Part shown: in pieces, positions 45,903-59,283 of the stretch | How positions within the stretch are numbered: position 1 is the stretch's first letter | Layout: each line of letters starts with the position of its first letter | Notes under the pieces: model-generated | The model's input: only the letters and a program-made list of their open reading frames with translations | What the model was told of the DNA's origin: nothing | The model's database searches: none | Assembly (NCBI GenBank): GCA_964019335.1 | Contig: OZ025650.1 | Coordinates: forward strand, 434,001-498,000 | Reading direction: 5' to 3' | Origin: Diplonema japonicum | Taxonomy: Eukaryota; Protista; Euglenozoa: Diplonemea | DNA: 64,000 bases | Position numbers and translations under genes: made by a program

Positions 45903-48900
45903 TTAAGGACATCTTGTACTGTATCTAGAGGGGGGGTTGGAAGGGGCGGAGGTCGGGGTAGAGGAGAAGGCAAAACGCGGAGTGGGGGGTGCTGTTGGGG
46001 TGGGAATACCCGCACGATTTGAAGGGTTCAAAACGCGCACCACATTAGAAGGCTGGTCAGGGCGGCTGGGAGAACATGAAGGCTCTGTGAGTATGAGATG
46101 AGGAGAGACAGATTTAATATATTCAGTAAGGTTCCTCCTTGCTGCAGAAAGCCGCTCGTGCCTATCCAGCAGCGACTCTTCAATGCTCAGCTCAGGGGAG
46201 GGACACTCTTCCACATACAGCTCTGGTTCACTTGCCCCTTGCAGCTCTTGCACCTTTCGCTTCGCGTCCACCATCTCTCGCCACACAGTCGAGTGCCTCT
46301 CCTTGCACTGTTTGAATTTCACATTCACTTCATCTTCATACACCGCCACCATCTGAGAAATCTCCTGTTCTTTCCTCTCGTGTACTTCCCGCTCCTTTGT
46401 TCTTCTATCTGCTTCTTCTTGCAGCTTGTACCTTGCATTCATCATCTCATTCTCCAATATCCTGTTGGCAGCAGACATGTCTGTCACCGTCTGTTCCAGC
46501 ACTTTGGCCTTCGTTGTGTAACTGTGTTGGTTTGTGCAAGGAAGGGAAAAGAGAGCAAAACACATACAATTCGAGGTCCTCGGCCGAAGCCCCGATGCCC
46601 CTCTTCTTTGCGTCTTCTAGCTCCGCTTCCACGTGCCCCAGCCTTGCAGCTTGTTCCACCAGCGCCTTTATATTCACCACGATGGTCTCCGTGTCTGCCC
46701 CCTTCACGCCAGCGCTCTCGATGCCTTCCTTCAGGGTGCGGTACCGCACTTCGAAGTCTTTGAAATCATTCAGCTGCTCCTCCAGCATGTTTTTCATCTC
46801 TTCTTGGAACTCCGCTTCCGCCTTAGCATCCTCTAGCTCCTCTTGCAGATCTTCCACTTCGGGCGGTGGTCTTGCCGAAGGCACCTCCACAATCTTCTCT
46901 TTCTCCACTACTTTTGTCACAAACTCTGCCGGTGAGTTACGAACGTCCTCTAACGCTTTACGTGCCTGGCTCAGTTCTTCCTGCAGGGAATCGTTGCCAC
47001 GCCGCACTGTGATGAGTTCCGCGTTCATAGCATCGATCTGCCCGCTGAGTTCTATGCGCTGCGCTTCGGACTGCTCAAACTGGATGACGAGCTGCTCTGC
47101 TTGGAAGTCTGACGGCATGTCATGCCCTTGAGTCAGGGGCGACCTTGGGGCGTGCCTGTCGATGAGGGTTTTCGCTATCTCATACGCCTCTGTCATGGAG
47201 CCTGCAATCTCTGCCAAAAGGTGAGCCATGAGAGTCTGCATCGACTCCGTCCTCTCGACCTCTGTCTCGTAGTCGGAGTCAACGGGCTGCATACGGAGTT
47301 CCAGCAATGTCTTTTTGCAATGTGTAATCTTTCCATCCATGAGCTTGATAAGCTGCAGGAGGTTCTTGTTCACGACCTGCGGCACAACATCTGCGTAGGG
47401 CGACCCGGGGCTCCTGTGTGAGGGGGGGAACTGTTCGTCTTTCGAGAGGGACAGGTTCAGCCTCCCTGCGATAGTCTCCTTCTCAATCAATGTCTCTTCC
47501 AGCTGCTGCTCAAGTTTAGCCTTGCTCCTCCTCAGCAGCTCGTTCTGCGCTTGCAACTGAATAATCTGCTCGTCTTCGTAGCTAGGCCCTGTGTGTCGTT
47601 GCCGCTCCTCTTCGTCCTTCAATTGCTTCTTCAAAAGGTTGACTTCGGTTTCCGCCGACTTCAGCTTCCCCTGCAGGAGACACGTTGCCTTTTTCGAAGA
47701 CTCGCTGTCTACCTCCATCTCTTTGTGCTCCATGGAGAGTGCCTTCTTATCTGCTTTGAGCAGCGCTATTTCCTTGAGTCTAATAGTTTTGTCCTCCAGG
47801 AGGCTGGATATCCTGCTTTCCAAGATGCGCATGTCGCGTGCTGTAGGGCGGTTGTCGCCACCCAAGAGGTCCTTGTCGGCATTTGCCTGCAGCTGGTGAA
47901 GACGCATTTTTGAATTCTCTTCACGAAGTTTAACATTTGCCTCTTGAATCTCATACAGCTCTTGCCGTACTACTTTATTGTCTTGTTTCAAATTCGTGAG
48001 GCAAAGCGTGTTGGCATCGAGACCTTCTTTCGCAACCTTGTAACTTTCGCTCTGTTTCCCTGCTTCTGTGAACAGCTGCTGGTTCTCGCGCTCCAAGGTA
48101 CTTACTTTCTTATGGTGCTCAGCACGCAATGTGAGCAGCTCCATCTTCATCCTCTCGTTGTCTTCCTGCAGTGTCTGTCTCAAAACGTTGATTACGCTTT
48201 CATGTTCCTGCTGCAGCCGCTGCTTGGTCTGTGCGTGTGGTTGGTGGATGAAAGTTGAACATACCTGTTCAATCTCTTGGTTCATGTCCGCCTTCTCCCT
48301 ACCAAGTGTTTCTTGCAGTTCTTTTCTCTCTTGTTCTATCTTGTGTGAGTCTTCTTCAAGCCTCTTTTTCGCAGCACGCTCTGAGGCAAGTTCTTCTTCC
48401 TTCTGTTGCAGTTGTGTGTCGCGTTCTTTGATTTTTTTATTCTTCGAGCTGTCTAAGCTCAGCGCGAACCCTCTTGTCCACTTTCCCATGATGTTCGCGG
48501 CACGCTGTGTCCTTGCTCGTTGTTCCGCCTCGCTCCTCGCTTTTTCTTGCTCCACTTGCAGCTCTTCGCGAGTCTGTTTCATCTCTTCCTCCTTCTGTTC
48601 CATCATGTGTGTCAGCTTTTCATGCTCTTCTTGGAGTTGCTTCTTGATGGACTGTTCTTCCTTGAGCTTCTGAGTTATTTCCTCAACCTCGGCAGGGTTC
48701 GAAGAAGGGTTCATAGATGCCTGCTCCAAGGCAGCCATCAGCTTCGCAATCTCTTCATTCTTCTCGCGCAACATGCGCATGCCTTTGTCCTCGTTACGCT
48801 GCACTGTGTTCACAATCTCCTTTGTTTTGAGGGCGTACTTCAGTGTCTGCAAGGTCTCCTCGGCATTCGATTCGTGCGGCGACGCTGCTGCGATCATCAT

Positions 48901-49980
48901 GGTCTTCGAGTTTCCTCCAAAGGACTCCGACAGCAGCCACGTAAGAGTCGACTCTCTGTACGGTGGGGGCTGTGGTTTATAAGGTGCTCCTGTTTCTTTG
49001 CTAGCCTTCAGTTTCTGGCCGTTTTCCATGAGTGCTTCAATAACCTTCCTAAGGACGCTCAACGACTGGTTGATGGCGATGCCTTCAGTCAACGTGTCCC
49101 CGGAGGCACCAGTTCTATTGGCACGCTCGGACCCAGCTAGGTCCACCAAGTTGATGGAGCTGATCGTGTGCACCTGTTTTGAAGGTCCTTTCTGTTGTGT
49201 CTTCATCGACTGTGTGAGCTCCAGCTTGAAAATAGCGTGCGATCTACTCGATACAGAGTTCATGGCTGTTGCTTTTGTGGTACGTGCCGCGAAGCCATGT
49301 GCAATCATTTCGCTGCACACCTTCCAATTTGTGACCTCCGACTCAGTGAGGCCGTCCACAAAAGGGCCTTTCGTGGGATGCTGCCGGATCTTTAAGTCTT
49401 TGAATTTTTCTTGTTTACTTTCTTTCTCCTCCACTTCCGTGGTTGTCAGGAGGTCCTTCACCTTCTCGTTGTAGATCTCAAGGAAAGAGAGCATCACCTT
49501 GAACGTGGTGCCCTTGTTCGCAGGGTTGGTGCTTTTTTCGTGGATGGTAGTAAAGAGCTCCTTGCAGAGGCGGGGGATGATCCCTTCGTCCTCGGGGCAG
49601 CCCATCATGGAGTGTGTCTTCCCGCTGCCTGTTTGTCCGTAGGCGAGCAAGCAGGAGTTGTAACCCGTGAATAGATGCTCTAAACACTGCAACCCCGTCT
49701 TGCGATATACATACTCCTGCGTAGCGAATACAATATCATCCTTAGGGCACTGCCCGGGAGATACTGACCAGAATATCTCGTCGAAGCTCATGCATTCCTT
49801 CACTGAGAAACCTGCACACGGATCAAGGAACTCCAACTTACACTCATCCAAAGGATCCGTCACGACAGTAGGCATGGTGTCAGGGTCACCATGCTCCGTT
49901 ATCTCCTTCTTATTGAACGGCCTGATACGAAGGTACACCTTCACACCCTCCTCCTTCTTTTCAACTTTCGATTTCGACAT
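45903..49980 (-). CDS. N-terminal-motor kinesin (kinesin-3-like motor) with long coiled coil; introns 48229-48264 and 46522-46567
   Basis: VKVYLRIRPFN, FDEIFWS, AYGQTGSGKT, SFLEIYNEKVKDLL, SSRSHAIF, LVDLAGSER, YRESTLTWLL, GGNSKT. Confidence 0.92.
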
Positions 49981-50301
49981 TTCGCCAGGGACCCCCCCCG
50001 GCTCTCCCCTGTCCGGAGTTATCTTGTCATTGAAATAAAAGAAATGAGGGGGGGGGGGGGGGGTAAAACTTTGGTTAGCTTACGGCCTACAACACGTTGC
50101 AAGCTTGGAAAAAAGAGGGTTACGAGGGTGAAATGAGGGCGAAATAAAAAAGGGGGTGTTTATAAGCGGGAATGCTTGGTGATGATGATGAAAGCACATG
50201 TGTGCCTCTTGAATGCGTAATGAAGAAGTTCATTTCAATTTCTTTAATCAAGTTCTGAGCGTAATATGAGAGGAATCAAAGTTGACAAGATGCTACAGAG
50301 T

Positions 50302-53300
50302 GCCTACTTCTTCTTGGCGATGACCTTCTCGGTGGTCTTGGTGACCTTGCCAAGCATGACGACACCGTTGCCCTCCATGATGGCGACACGGGAGAGACCC
50401 TCGCAGTTCTTGAAGGTGTCGACGACAAGGGGCTGCTGGGGGGCGAAGACGACCTCAGCCATCTCGTTGGCCTTCAGGCAGTGGGGCTCCTCAGCCTTCT
50501 TACCGCCGGTCTCCTTACCCATCTTCCACACCAGCTGGGTCATCCTCACGGCGGACCTACCGGTCCTCACGAAGCACACGGGGGTGTACCCGACCTTGAG
50601 CTCACCGGGGTGGTCCAGGATCTGCACCTGCGCGTTGAAGGTACCGGCCTCCTTCAGGGAGGCGTCCTTCTTGTAGATCATCACGTCACCGGTCCTGGGC
50701 ATGTTGTCCTTGTTGAGACCCTTCACGTTCAACCCAACGTTGTCACCAGCCTTGGCGTCCTCGCACCTCTTGTGGTGCATCTCGCAGGTGAAGACCTTAC
50801 CCACGCACGCGTTGGCGGCGGTGTGGGTGGGGAGGAAGAGCACTTCCTCACCGGGCTTCACGATACCCTGCTCCACACGACCGGTAATAACATCACCGAC
50901 ACCCTTGATCTGTATTTATTTGTGTGTGCGTGCGTGTGCGTGTGTTGTTTATTTTATTTCTATTTTGTTGTTTCATACCTTGTACACACCCGAGACGGGC
51001 ATCCTCATGGGAGCGTCGTTCTTCCTCTCAGGCATCCTCACCATCTTGTCAAGAGCGTCAACAAGGGTGTCGATGTGGAGCTTCTCGTCAGCACCGACAA
51101 GAACATCCTGACCCTTCCACCAGTCCATCTTGGTGGACTTCTTCAGAAGGTTGTCACCGATCCAACCCGAGATGGGGAGGACGGGGACGTTCTTCTCAAC
51201 GAAGTCCTTCTTCCAACCGGTCTTCACCAACATGCTCTTCATCTCCTCCTTGATCTCGTTGTACCTCTCCTCCTTGTACTGGGCGACGTCGCAGTCCATC
51301 TTGTTGATACCAACGATGAGCTGCTTCACACCGAGAAGGTTGATGAGACGGGCGTGCTGCCTGGTCTGCCCCTGGATCTCACCAGCCTTGTGGTTACCCC
51401 TCGCGATGGCGGACACGAAGTTACCGTCAGCGGGGATCATCAGAAGGGCCACGTCGGCCTGCGAGGCTCCGGTGATCATGTTCTTGATGAAATCCCTGTG
51501 CCCGGGGGCGTCGATCACGGTGTAGTGCCACTTCTCCGTGAAGAACTCCTTGGTGGTGCAGGCGATCGTCACACCACGCTCACGCTCCTCCTTCTGCCTG
51601 TCCATGTAGAAGGCGAAGGCGAAGGACTGCTTACCGAGACGCTCAGCCTCAGCCTTCAACTTCTCCATCTCACGCTCGGGGATTCCACCAAGCTCGAAGA
51701 GGAGACGCCCGGTGGTCGTCGACTTCCCGGAGTCGACGTGACCGCAGATCACGATCGACAAATGCTGCTTACCGTCGGTGGCCATGGTTTATGAGTTGAT
51801 AGCTGTCGGGGGGTGGGTGGATGGATGGATGGATGGATGGATGGATGGGTGGGTGGGTGGGTGGGTGGTGATGGTTTTCTTTCTTTTTTTTTTTTCCCCC
51901 TCCCTTCTCACTCCAAAAAATTTACTGCAAATAATTTCTTCAGCGTTTATCAAATATCATCCCCAGTTTGCCTGCAAAGCAGTCAAATAAGCTACTCTTA
52001 TCGTGTTTGGATCATCACAAGAATTCAAAAGCAAGCCAAAAGAAAACCAAGGCAAAGAGAGTCACCCATCAATGAAAGTTCTAGGACAAGAAATGATGAG
52101 CTGAAGTAGGTAGCGAAGCACAGTCACAACTCGAGGCATTGTCCAGTGAAAACTATTCCGCAAAGAAAAACAGACGGAAAAAGGGGTTGGAGGTACAGAC
52201 ATAAACAACAATACAAAGAATCAGATAAGAAACCGAAATACAAAGATTATAACTCACGAAAGTATTCATGTGAAACACGGAACATTGTACTTTTTCATCA
52301 TCTCTTTGAGGGGTGGCATTGTGTCTCCTGTCTGATCTTGGAACAGGGAGTATACTGTTGGCAGCATGGGTGACCCCGCCACAGAGCTGTTTGTTCCCTC
52401 TTGGAGGGGAAAGCCTTCAAAAGGAAAAAGCAACGAAAGAAGCCCTAAAAAAGCTGTAAAAGGTTCAGCGGTGTCCTAAGGGTAATTAAGTTGCCATTTC
52501 TCGGGCATCGCACCTTGTGCTCCGACTGGGGCGGCATCATAGTGATTGTCATCATCTAGTAGAGGAAAGAAACAGTCAAAGGAAACAGTCCCCCTTCCCG
52601 CACCTGGGAAAACACAGGTTTGTGTGGTCAGGTAAAACCCGAAAGTCAACTTCACACAGCAAAAAAAATAATGCATCAGGTCTTGAAACACATTGTGGAA
52701 AGTAATGTCATCACTTCAACTCCTTCTCATTCATGTTAAATGTTTCCCTCATGCAAACCTCTCGAACAAGAAATGATGAGCTTGAGGTAGGTAGCGAGGC
52801 GCAGTCACAGCTCGAGGCATTGTCCTGAAGACTTTCTTCCTGTGTGTCTTGCAGACACAAAGTAAAAGGAAGGTTGTGTCTTGCCATGAAGTTGCCCTTG
52901 CAGTGCGAGAAGGGGCGTCCTGCAGGTTTGATCGTCATGGCGGAAAGTGAATGGAAGTGTACGAAACAAACGGAACGGGGCAACTAGGGCCACAGCTCTT
53001 GCCCGAGTCATTGACCTGCAGTGGCGATGTCGAAGACTGCGCCCAGAGGCTGGTTACCAAGGGCGGGTAAGAAACAATAACTTCTGCGTCTTCCTGGTTG
53101 CTCAGAAGTTGTGAAAGCTTTATCAAGAGTGTTGTATTCAGCCGGAGGCCTCGTGGCCCCGTCGTATAGTACCGATCCTGTTTCTCATCATCGCAGGTGG
53201 CAGGGGGGGAGAGGGAAAGAAAGCTGGATCCATTTCCGGGGGATGAGGAAAAACTATGAACAACAACAACAAACAAGAGTCAGCCTCCTCGACCTATTCT

Positions 53301-53908
53301 TTGGGTGCTCATCTCCCAGGGGTTTCCTGGAATGCACAGAGATTCCTTGTGTAAAAACAAAAATCATCATTTGTTTGCTCTCCTGCTGTAGTTCGTGTAG
53401 TTTGTTCTTCTTTTCTTTTTTTCTTCCCTCTCCTCTTCCTTTTCAACTATTTATGTAGGACCACACCAAGGCACACAAAAGACACATGGAAGGAAGTGAA
53501 GGTGTGCTGGTTAAATGTGGTTCTGAGCTTTGCTGTTGCGTGCGTTGAAAAGGGAGGGCGGGATCTTTTGCTTCTCCCCAACAGAGTGTGCGGAGACCCA
53601 TCCCTCCCAAACCTGTCGCCACGCGTCCGGGAGTGCTGCTGCTGGTGGTAGCGGTGGCGCTTCGGAAGCAAAGTGGTCAACTCATCTTGGAACAGGGAGT
53701 ATACTGTTGGCAGCATGGGTGACCCCGCCACAGAGCTGTTTGTTCCCTCGCTCTTCTTTTTCTTTTTCTTTTTCTTTTTCTTTTTCTTTCTCTTCTCTCA
53801 CCATTGATCAGAAGTCAGGTAGGGTTGTTCTTGGAATCGTTGCTCAACAAGTGATTGTTTGAAGATCTTCAGATTGGCTAGGGCGGTAGAATTCCAGGTT
53901 GTCATCAC
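50302..53908. repeat. Segmental duplicate of about 13325-16899 (EFL plus snoRNA cluster)
   Basis: Near-identical sequence, differing in microsatellite lengths and a few SNPs. Confidence 0.95.
50304..51785 (-). CDS. EFL: EFL copy 3; intron 50910-50978
   Basis: Matches copy 1; unique 3' flank starting almost immediately after the stop codon. Confidence 0.96.
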
Positions 53909-54738
53909 CTCAATTTGGGTTTTCTCTTTTGATGGCAAGAATCGGGTCGGGGTTTCCTCTCCCTCCTTCCTTCCTGTGATTATGTTCGTCAACAAGTATT
54001 ACGTAAAGTATTGCTTTAAAAACATGGAGCTCAGTGGTCAGGACAAATTGCAGTTACTGTCGTCAGGAACGAGTGTTTCCGACTGAGAGATCAGGTATTT
54101 GATAACTTACAGGTTGTCATCACCGCCTTCAATTTAAAGGTCTCCCTCCCTCTAAGTTGATTATACTTTGTCCCCATTCCAGCCCCTCACTTCCTTCAGT
54201 ATCTCATCTCAGATCTCGGATAGGGACCTATGCAACCGTCACCACAGGGAGGTGGACGGCCACTCAAACGCCTTCCTTTACTCATACAATTGGGCTTGAA
54301 GAGAATGAAAGCGGCTTTTGCAAAAATGAGAAACTCTTACGAGCACCTTGAGGTCAGTTAGAGTGTTCGCAAAAAATGTTAAAGCTTCACGAAACCTTCA
54401 TCAGACGGGCCTTTCGATGAATGCCTTAAATTCAGATTTTTGTAAAACCTTAGGATTTCCCCCTGGAGCTTTTCTTTAAAGCCCCCTTTGAGACCGTACT
54501 TTACTTTACGGGTATAAATTATGTCAGTCCTCGACCTATTCTTTATATGCTCATCTCCCAGGGGTTTCCTGGGATGCACAGAGATTCCTAATGTATTGTA
54601 CATCATCCAGCAAAAAGAATCAAACAGACTGCTTTTTTGTGGGACGGTCAGCGGTGTCCTAAGGGTAATTAAGTTGCCATTTCTCGGGCATCGCACCTTG
54701 TGCTCCGACTGGGGCGGCATCATAGTGATTGTCATCAT
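51940..54738 (-). ncRNA. snoRNA cluster 3, upstream of EFL copy 3
   Basis: Same modules as cluster 1 up to CD-g, then CD-i, AGA-5, a CD-f variant and CD-c. Confidence 0.9.
54211..54276 (-). ncRNA. AGA-box guide AGA-5 for LSU GACCUAU-Psi-CUCAAAC (yeast Psi1042/snR33-like site); copy 61775-61840
   Basis: GGAAGG/CCTATCC lower stem, GTGGCCGTC/GACGGTTGC upper stem, pocket GTTTGA/ATAGGTC, AGA 15 nt from the pocket top. Confidence 0.87.
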
Positions 54739-54824
54739 CTAGATGTCGTTTCGGGTAGTTCTATAGCTCTATATGCACAGACAAAATAATAACGAAAAGG
54801 GAGCGAAGGGGGATATAGATAGAA

Positions 54825-56963
54825 AACCTATATTGGGAAATTACAAATAATAGAAAAAAGAACTCTGCATTGAGTACAGGAGTGAGCAGCGAGTGAGGAC
54901 TCAGCTCGTGGCGAGCCCATCGAACCAACTGCGTGCTGTGCTGTTCTCTAAAAAGAAGTGTGTAAAGGGGTGCTCCCGGGAAAAAAAGAGTGAAGGACAA
55001 GAATAACAACTTCCCAAGCAGGTTCTGACCAGCCACAGGAAGCTGTAAGAAAAGAAGAAAAGCGATAAAATTTCAATGTGCTGGAGGAGATAAAGAAAAG
55101 GAAGAAACATTATTGAGTTAAAAGGGGGTCTTTGTGAGACGCCCCTGTTTGAGGAACAAGGAAACAGAAGGGGAGCAGCCGTGTGGCGAAGAAAGTCTTG
55201 CGCCGGCGCTTTGCTTCTTATTTCTAACTGTTAGACAGCAACAAGCTAGCATGGAGGTGTGCTGTCTGTTTTTTTTTTTTTTTTTTTTTTTCCAGGAGAA
55301 ATCATTTTAAATTCGATAAAATTTCAGTGTGCAGGGAGTGCTCACTGTGTTTAAAAATAAGGATAGGGAAAGAACAAAAAAAAAAAGGGAGTAAATAAAG
55401 AAAAGAAGATATCGAGCTAGAATGGGTTCAAAAAAAGGTTTTTCTTTTTCCTTTCTTTCTTTCTTTCTTTTTTTTTTTTTTTTTTTTTCAAACAAGGTGC
55501 TCTGCAAAGTCAAGGGGAAGCTCTTGGATAGGAGCCTTGTAGTGGTCGCGGATTGTGCGGAAGGTAGGGGTGGCTTGGGGGGAGACGAAGTTGATGGCGA
55601 CGCCCTTCCTCCCGTACCTCCCACAGCGACCGATCCTGTGGAGGTAGGGCTCGGGGCGGGAGGGGAGGTCGTAGTTGACGACGATGCTGACCTGTTGGAC
55701 GTCGATCCCCCTGGTGAGGAGGTCCGTCGAGATGAGGACGCGCGCGGAGCCGGTGCGGAAGGCCTTCAGAGCCAGCTCCCGCCCCTCCCGCCCCAGCTCC
55801 GCGTGGATGCACGACACCGTGAAGTCCTGCTCGTTCATCTTCCGAGCCACCTCCTCCACCCGGTTCCGGCTCCTGCAGAAGATGATGCTCTGTGCGATGG
55901 CCACAGAGCTGTACAGGTCCATCAGCGTCTCCAGCTTGTAGTTTTCCTCCACCGCCACGTAGAACTGCGCGATCCCGTCCAAGGCGAGCCCCGACGGACC
56001 CCTCGCCACCAGGACCTCCGTCGGAGACCGCAGGAACTGCCGCCCCAACGCCACCACCTCCGAAGGGAGCGTCGCCGAGAACAGCCCCACCTGCACCTCC
56101 CGAGGGACGAAGGCGAAGACCTCCCGAACCTGCTCCTCGAACCCTTGCGACAGCATCTCGTCCGCCTCGTCCAAGATCAGCACCTTCACCTGCGTCCCGA
56201 CCAGCGCCCTCCGCCGGAACAAGTCCAAGACCCTCCCGGGCGTCCCCACAGCGATCAACGGTGTCCCCGCCTTCAGACCCTCCACGTCCGCAGCCACCCG
56301 CGTCCCCCCAACGAACACCCCGACAAACTCCCCCCCTGCGAGGTACCGTCCAAGAGCAGCCACCACATCCGCAGTCTGCTGCGCCAGCTCCCGAGTCGGC
56401 TCCAAAACCAACCCCTGCAGAGACCCCTCCCCGAAGTCCATCCGCCCCAGCACCCCGATCCCGAACGCCGCCGTCTTCCCCGTCCCAGACTGCGCCTGCG
56501 CCAACACGTCCCCGCCCCTCAACACCGGCACCACCGCCCGCTTCTGGATCGGAGAAGGCCTCTCGAACCCGTTCCCATAGATCCCCCGCAACAGGTTCGC
56601 AGACACCGGCATCTCGTCAAACTCTTCCCACACGGTCCTCTCCTCCTCCCCTTCCTCCCTCCCTCTAATCTTCACCGTGAACTCCTCTCCCTTTTTGCAG
56701 CTCTGTTGTTCGCAGGTGTTGTCGGTGTTCGTGACTGGCATCTTTTTTTTTTTTTGAAAAGGGTTCTTCCTTCTCTTTCTTTTCTTGTGTGTGTGTGTTT
56801 CTGTCTGTGGAAATGAATGTTTTGGCCTCTTTCGTTGTGTTACTTGGTAAGACTGTGTTCACCAATGAATCAGCTTGGAACCCGAAATACAAAGATTATA
56901 ACTCACGAAAGTATTCATGTGAAACACGGAACATTGTACTTTCTCATCATCTCTTTGAGGGGT

Positions 56964-57006
<43 letters not shown>

Positions 57007-58790
57007 ACCACAAGTTGTCTCCCTTTTGGAATCTTGGAACAGGGAGTATACTGTTGGCAGCATGGGTGACCCCGCCACAGAGCTGTTTGTTCCCTCTTGT
57101 GTTGCAGGTGGAAAAAGCCTTCAAAAGGAAAAAAGCAACGAAAGAAGCCCATCGTAAAAAAGTGTTCAGCGGTGTCCTAAGGGTAATTAAGTTGCCATTT
57201 CTCGGGCATCGCACCTTGTGCTCCGACTGGGGCGGCATCATAGTGATTGTCATCATTTAAGTTCAGCAGCAAATGTCAATGAAGTTTGGATCCTTCTCCT
57301 TCCCCACCCTTTACCCAGTACTCAACAAGCACTTCAATCTCGCAGAAGCATAATTCACTTCGCAAGTATTTAACGAGAAATGGAAGCGACTCAACTGTCC
57401 GCTTACGTATAGAGCAGGAACACCCTCCCTTCCGCACTTGGGAAAACACAGGTTTGTGTGGTCAGGTAAAACCCGAAAGTCAACTTCACACAGCAAAAAA
57501 AATAATGCATCAGGTCTTGAAACACATTGTGGAAAGTAATGTCATCACTTCAACTCCTTCTCATTCATGTTAAATGTTTCCCTCATGCAAACCTCTCGAA
57601 CAAGAAATGATGAGCTTGAGGTAGGTAGCGAGGCGCAGTCACAGCTCGAGGCATTGTCCTGAAGACTTTCTTCCTGTGTGTCTTGCAGACACAAAGTAAA
57701 AGGAAGGTTGTGTCTTGCCATGAAGTTGCCCTTGCAGTGCGAGAAGGGGCGTCCTGCAGGTTTGATCGTCATGGCGGAAAGTGAATGGAAGTGTACGAAA
57801 CAAACGGAACGGGGCAACTAGGGCCACAGCTCTTGCCCGAGTCATTGACCTGCAGTGGCGATGTCGAAGACTGCGCCCAGAGGCTGGTTACCAAGGGCGG
57901 GTAAGAAACAATAACTTCTGCGTCTTCCTGGTTGCTCAGAAGTTGTGAAAGCTTTATCAAGAGTGTTGTATTCAGCCGGAGGCCTCGTGGCCCCGTCGTA
58001 TAGTACCGATCCTGTTTCTCATCATCGCAGGTGGCAGGGGGGGAGAGGGAAAGAAAGCTGGATCCATTTCCGGGGGATGAGGAAAAACTATGAACAACAA
58101 CAACAAACAAGAGTCAGCCTCCTCGACCTATTCTTTGGGTGCTCATCTCCCAGGGGTTTCCTGGAATGCACAGAGATTCCTTGTGTAAAAACAAAAATCA
58201 TCATTTGTTTGCTCTCCTGCTGTAGTTCGTGTAGTTTGTTCTTCTTTTCTTTTTTTCTTCCCTCTCCTCTTCCTTTTCAACTATTTATGTAGGACCACAC
58301 CAAGGCACACAAAAGACACATGGAAGGAAGTGAAGGTGTGCTGGTTAAATGTGGTTCTGAGCTTTGCTGTTGCGTGCGTTGAAAAGGGAGGGCGGGATCT
58401 TTTGCTTCTCCCCAACAGAGTGTGCGGAGACCCATCCCTCCCAAACCTGTCGCCACGCGTCCGGGAGTGCTGCTGCTGGTGGTAGCGGTGGCGCTTCGGA
58501 AGCAAAGTGGTCAACTCATCTTGGAACAGGGAGTATACTGTTGGCAGCATGGGTGACCCCGCCACAGAGCTGTTTGTTCCCTCGCTCTTCTTTTTCTTTT
58601 TCTTTCTCTTCTCTCACCATTGATCAGAAGTCAGGTAGGGTGTTCTTGGAATCGTTGCTCAACAAGTGATTGTTTGAAGATCTTCAGATTGGCTAGGGCG
58701 GTAGAATTCCAGGTTGTCATCACTTCAACAGGAGGTAGTCTCTTTTGATGGCAAAAATGAAAATAAAAAAAAGCAGCTAGGGGCGAAATA
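54825..58790. repeat. Segmental duplicate of about 23453-27430 (eIF4A-like gene plus snoRNA cluster)
   Basis: Near-identical sequence, including the 3' flank of the helicase gene. Confidence 0.95.
55488..56741 (-). CDS. eIF4A-like DEAD-box RNA helicase, copy 2
   Basis: Identical translation to 24127-25380. Confidence 0.9.
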   Translation of the reverse strand: MPVTNTDNTCEQQSCKKGEEFTVKIRGREEGEEERTVWEEFDEMPVSANLLRGIYGNGFERPSPIQKRAVVPVLRGGDVLAQAQSGTGKTAAFGIGVLGRMDFGEGSLQGLVLEPTRELAQQTADVVAALGRYLAGGEFVGVFVGGTRVAADVEGLKAGTPLIAVGTPGRVLDLFRRRALVGTQVKVLILDEADEMLSQGFEEQVREVFAFVPREVQVGLFSATLPSEVVALGRQFLRSPTEVLVARGPSGLALDGIAQFYVAVEENYKLETLMDLYSSVAIAQSIIFCRSRNRVEEVARKMNEQDFTVSCIHAELGREGRELALKAFRTGSARVLISTDLLTRGIDVQQVSIVVNYDLPSRPEPYLHRIGRCGRYGRKGVAINFVSPQATPTFRTIRDHYKAPIQELPLDFAEHLV

Positions 58791-58972
58791 AAAAGGTCAG
58801 AACGACAGTCTATGTAATTCAACAGAAATGATATTAAAGTTGTCAAATGTCAACTAGTGTTGCTTTAAAAACATGGAGCTCAGTGGTCAGGACAAATTGC
58901 AGTTACTGTCGTCAGGAACGAGTGTTTCCGACTGAGAGATCAGGTATTTGATAACTTACAGGTTGTCATCAC
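56870..58972 (-). ncRNA. snoRNA cluster 4, upstream of eIF4A-like copy 2
   Basis: Same as cluster 2 up to CD-g, then a degenerate CD-j and CD-i. Confidence 0.9.
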
Positions 58973-59283
58973 TGCTTTTTTTTGTGGTTTTTTATTACTA
59001 TTCTTCTTTATTTTAAGTAGTGTAATGCATGTCAAAAATAATAAACTGGAACAATGGATAAATGAAACGATCTGTTCTGAAAAAAAAATAGGAAGAGAGA
59101 GAGACCAACCATAGAAATACTCACTCACAGGTGGTGGGTGAGCTCAAAAAAAGAGTGGGAGGAGAGAGGAAAGGATCATCCCCCCCCTTTTTTTTAAAGC
59201 TTCTTAAGCTACGTTAAAGCATTTTCTTTTTCCTTTCTTTTTGTTTTTATATCTTAAGCTAAGCTAAGCTGTGTAAGCTAGGT

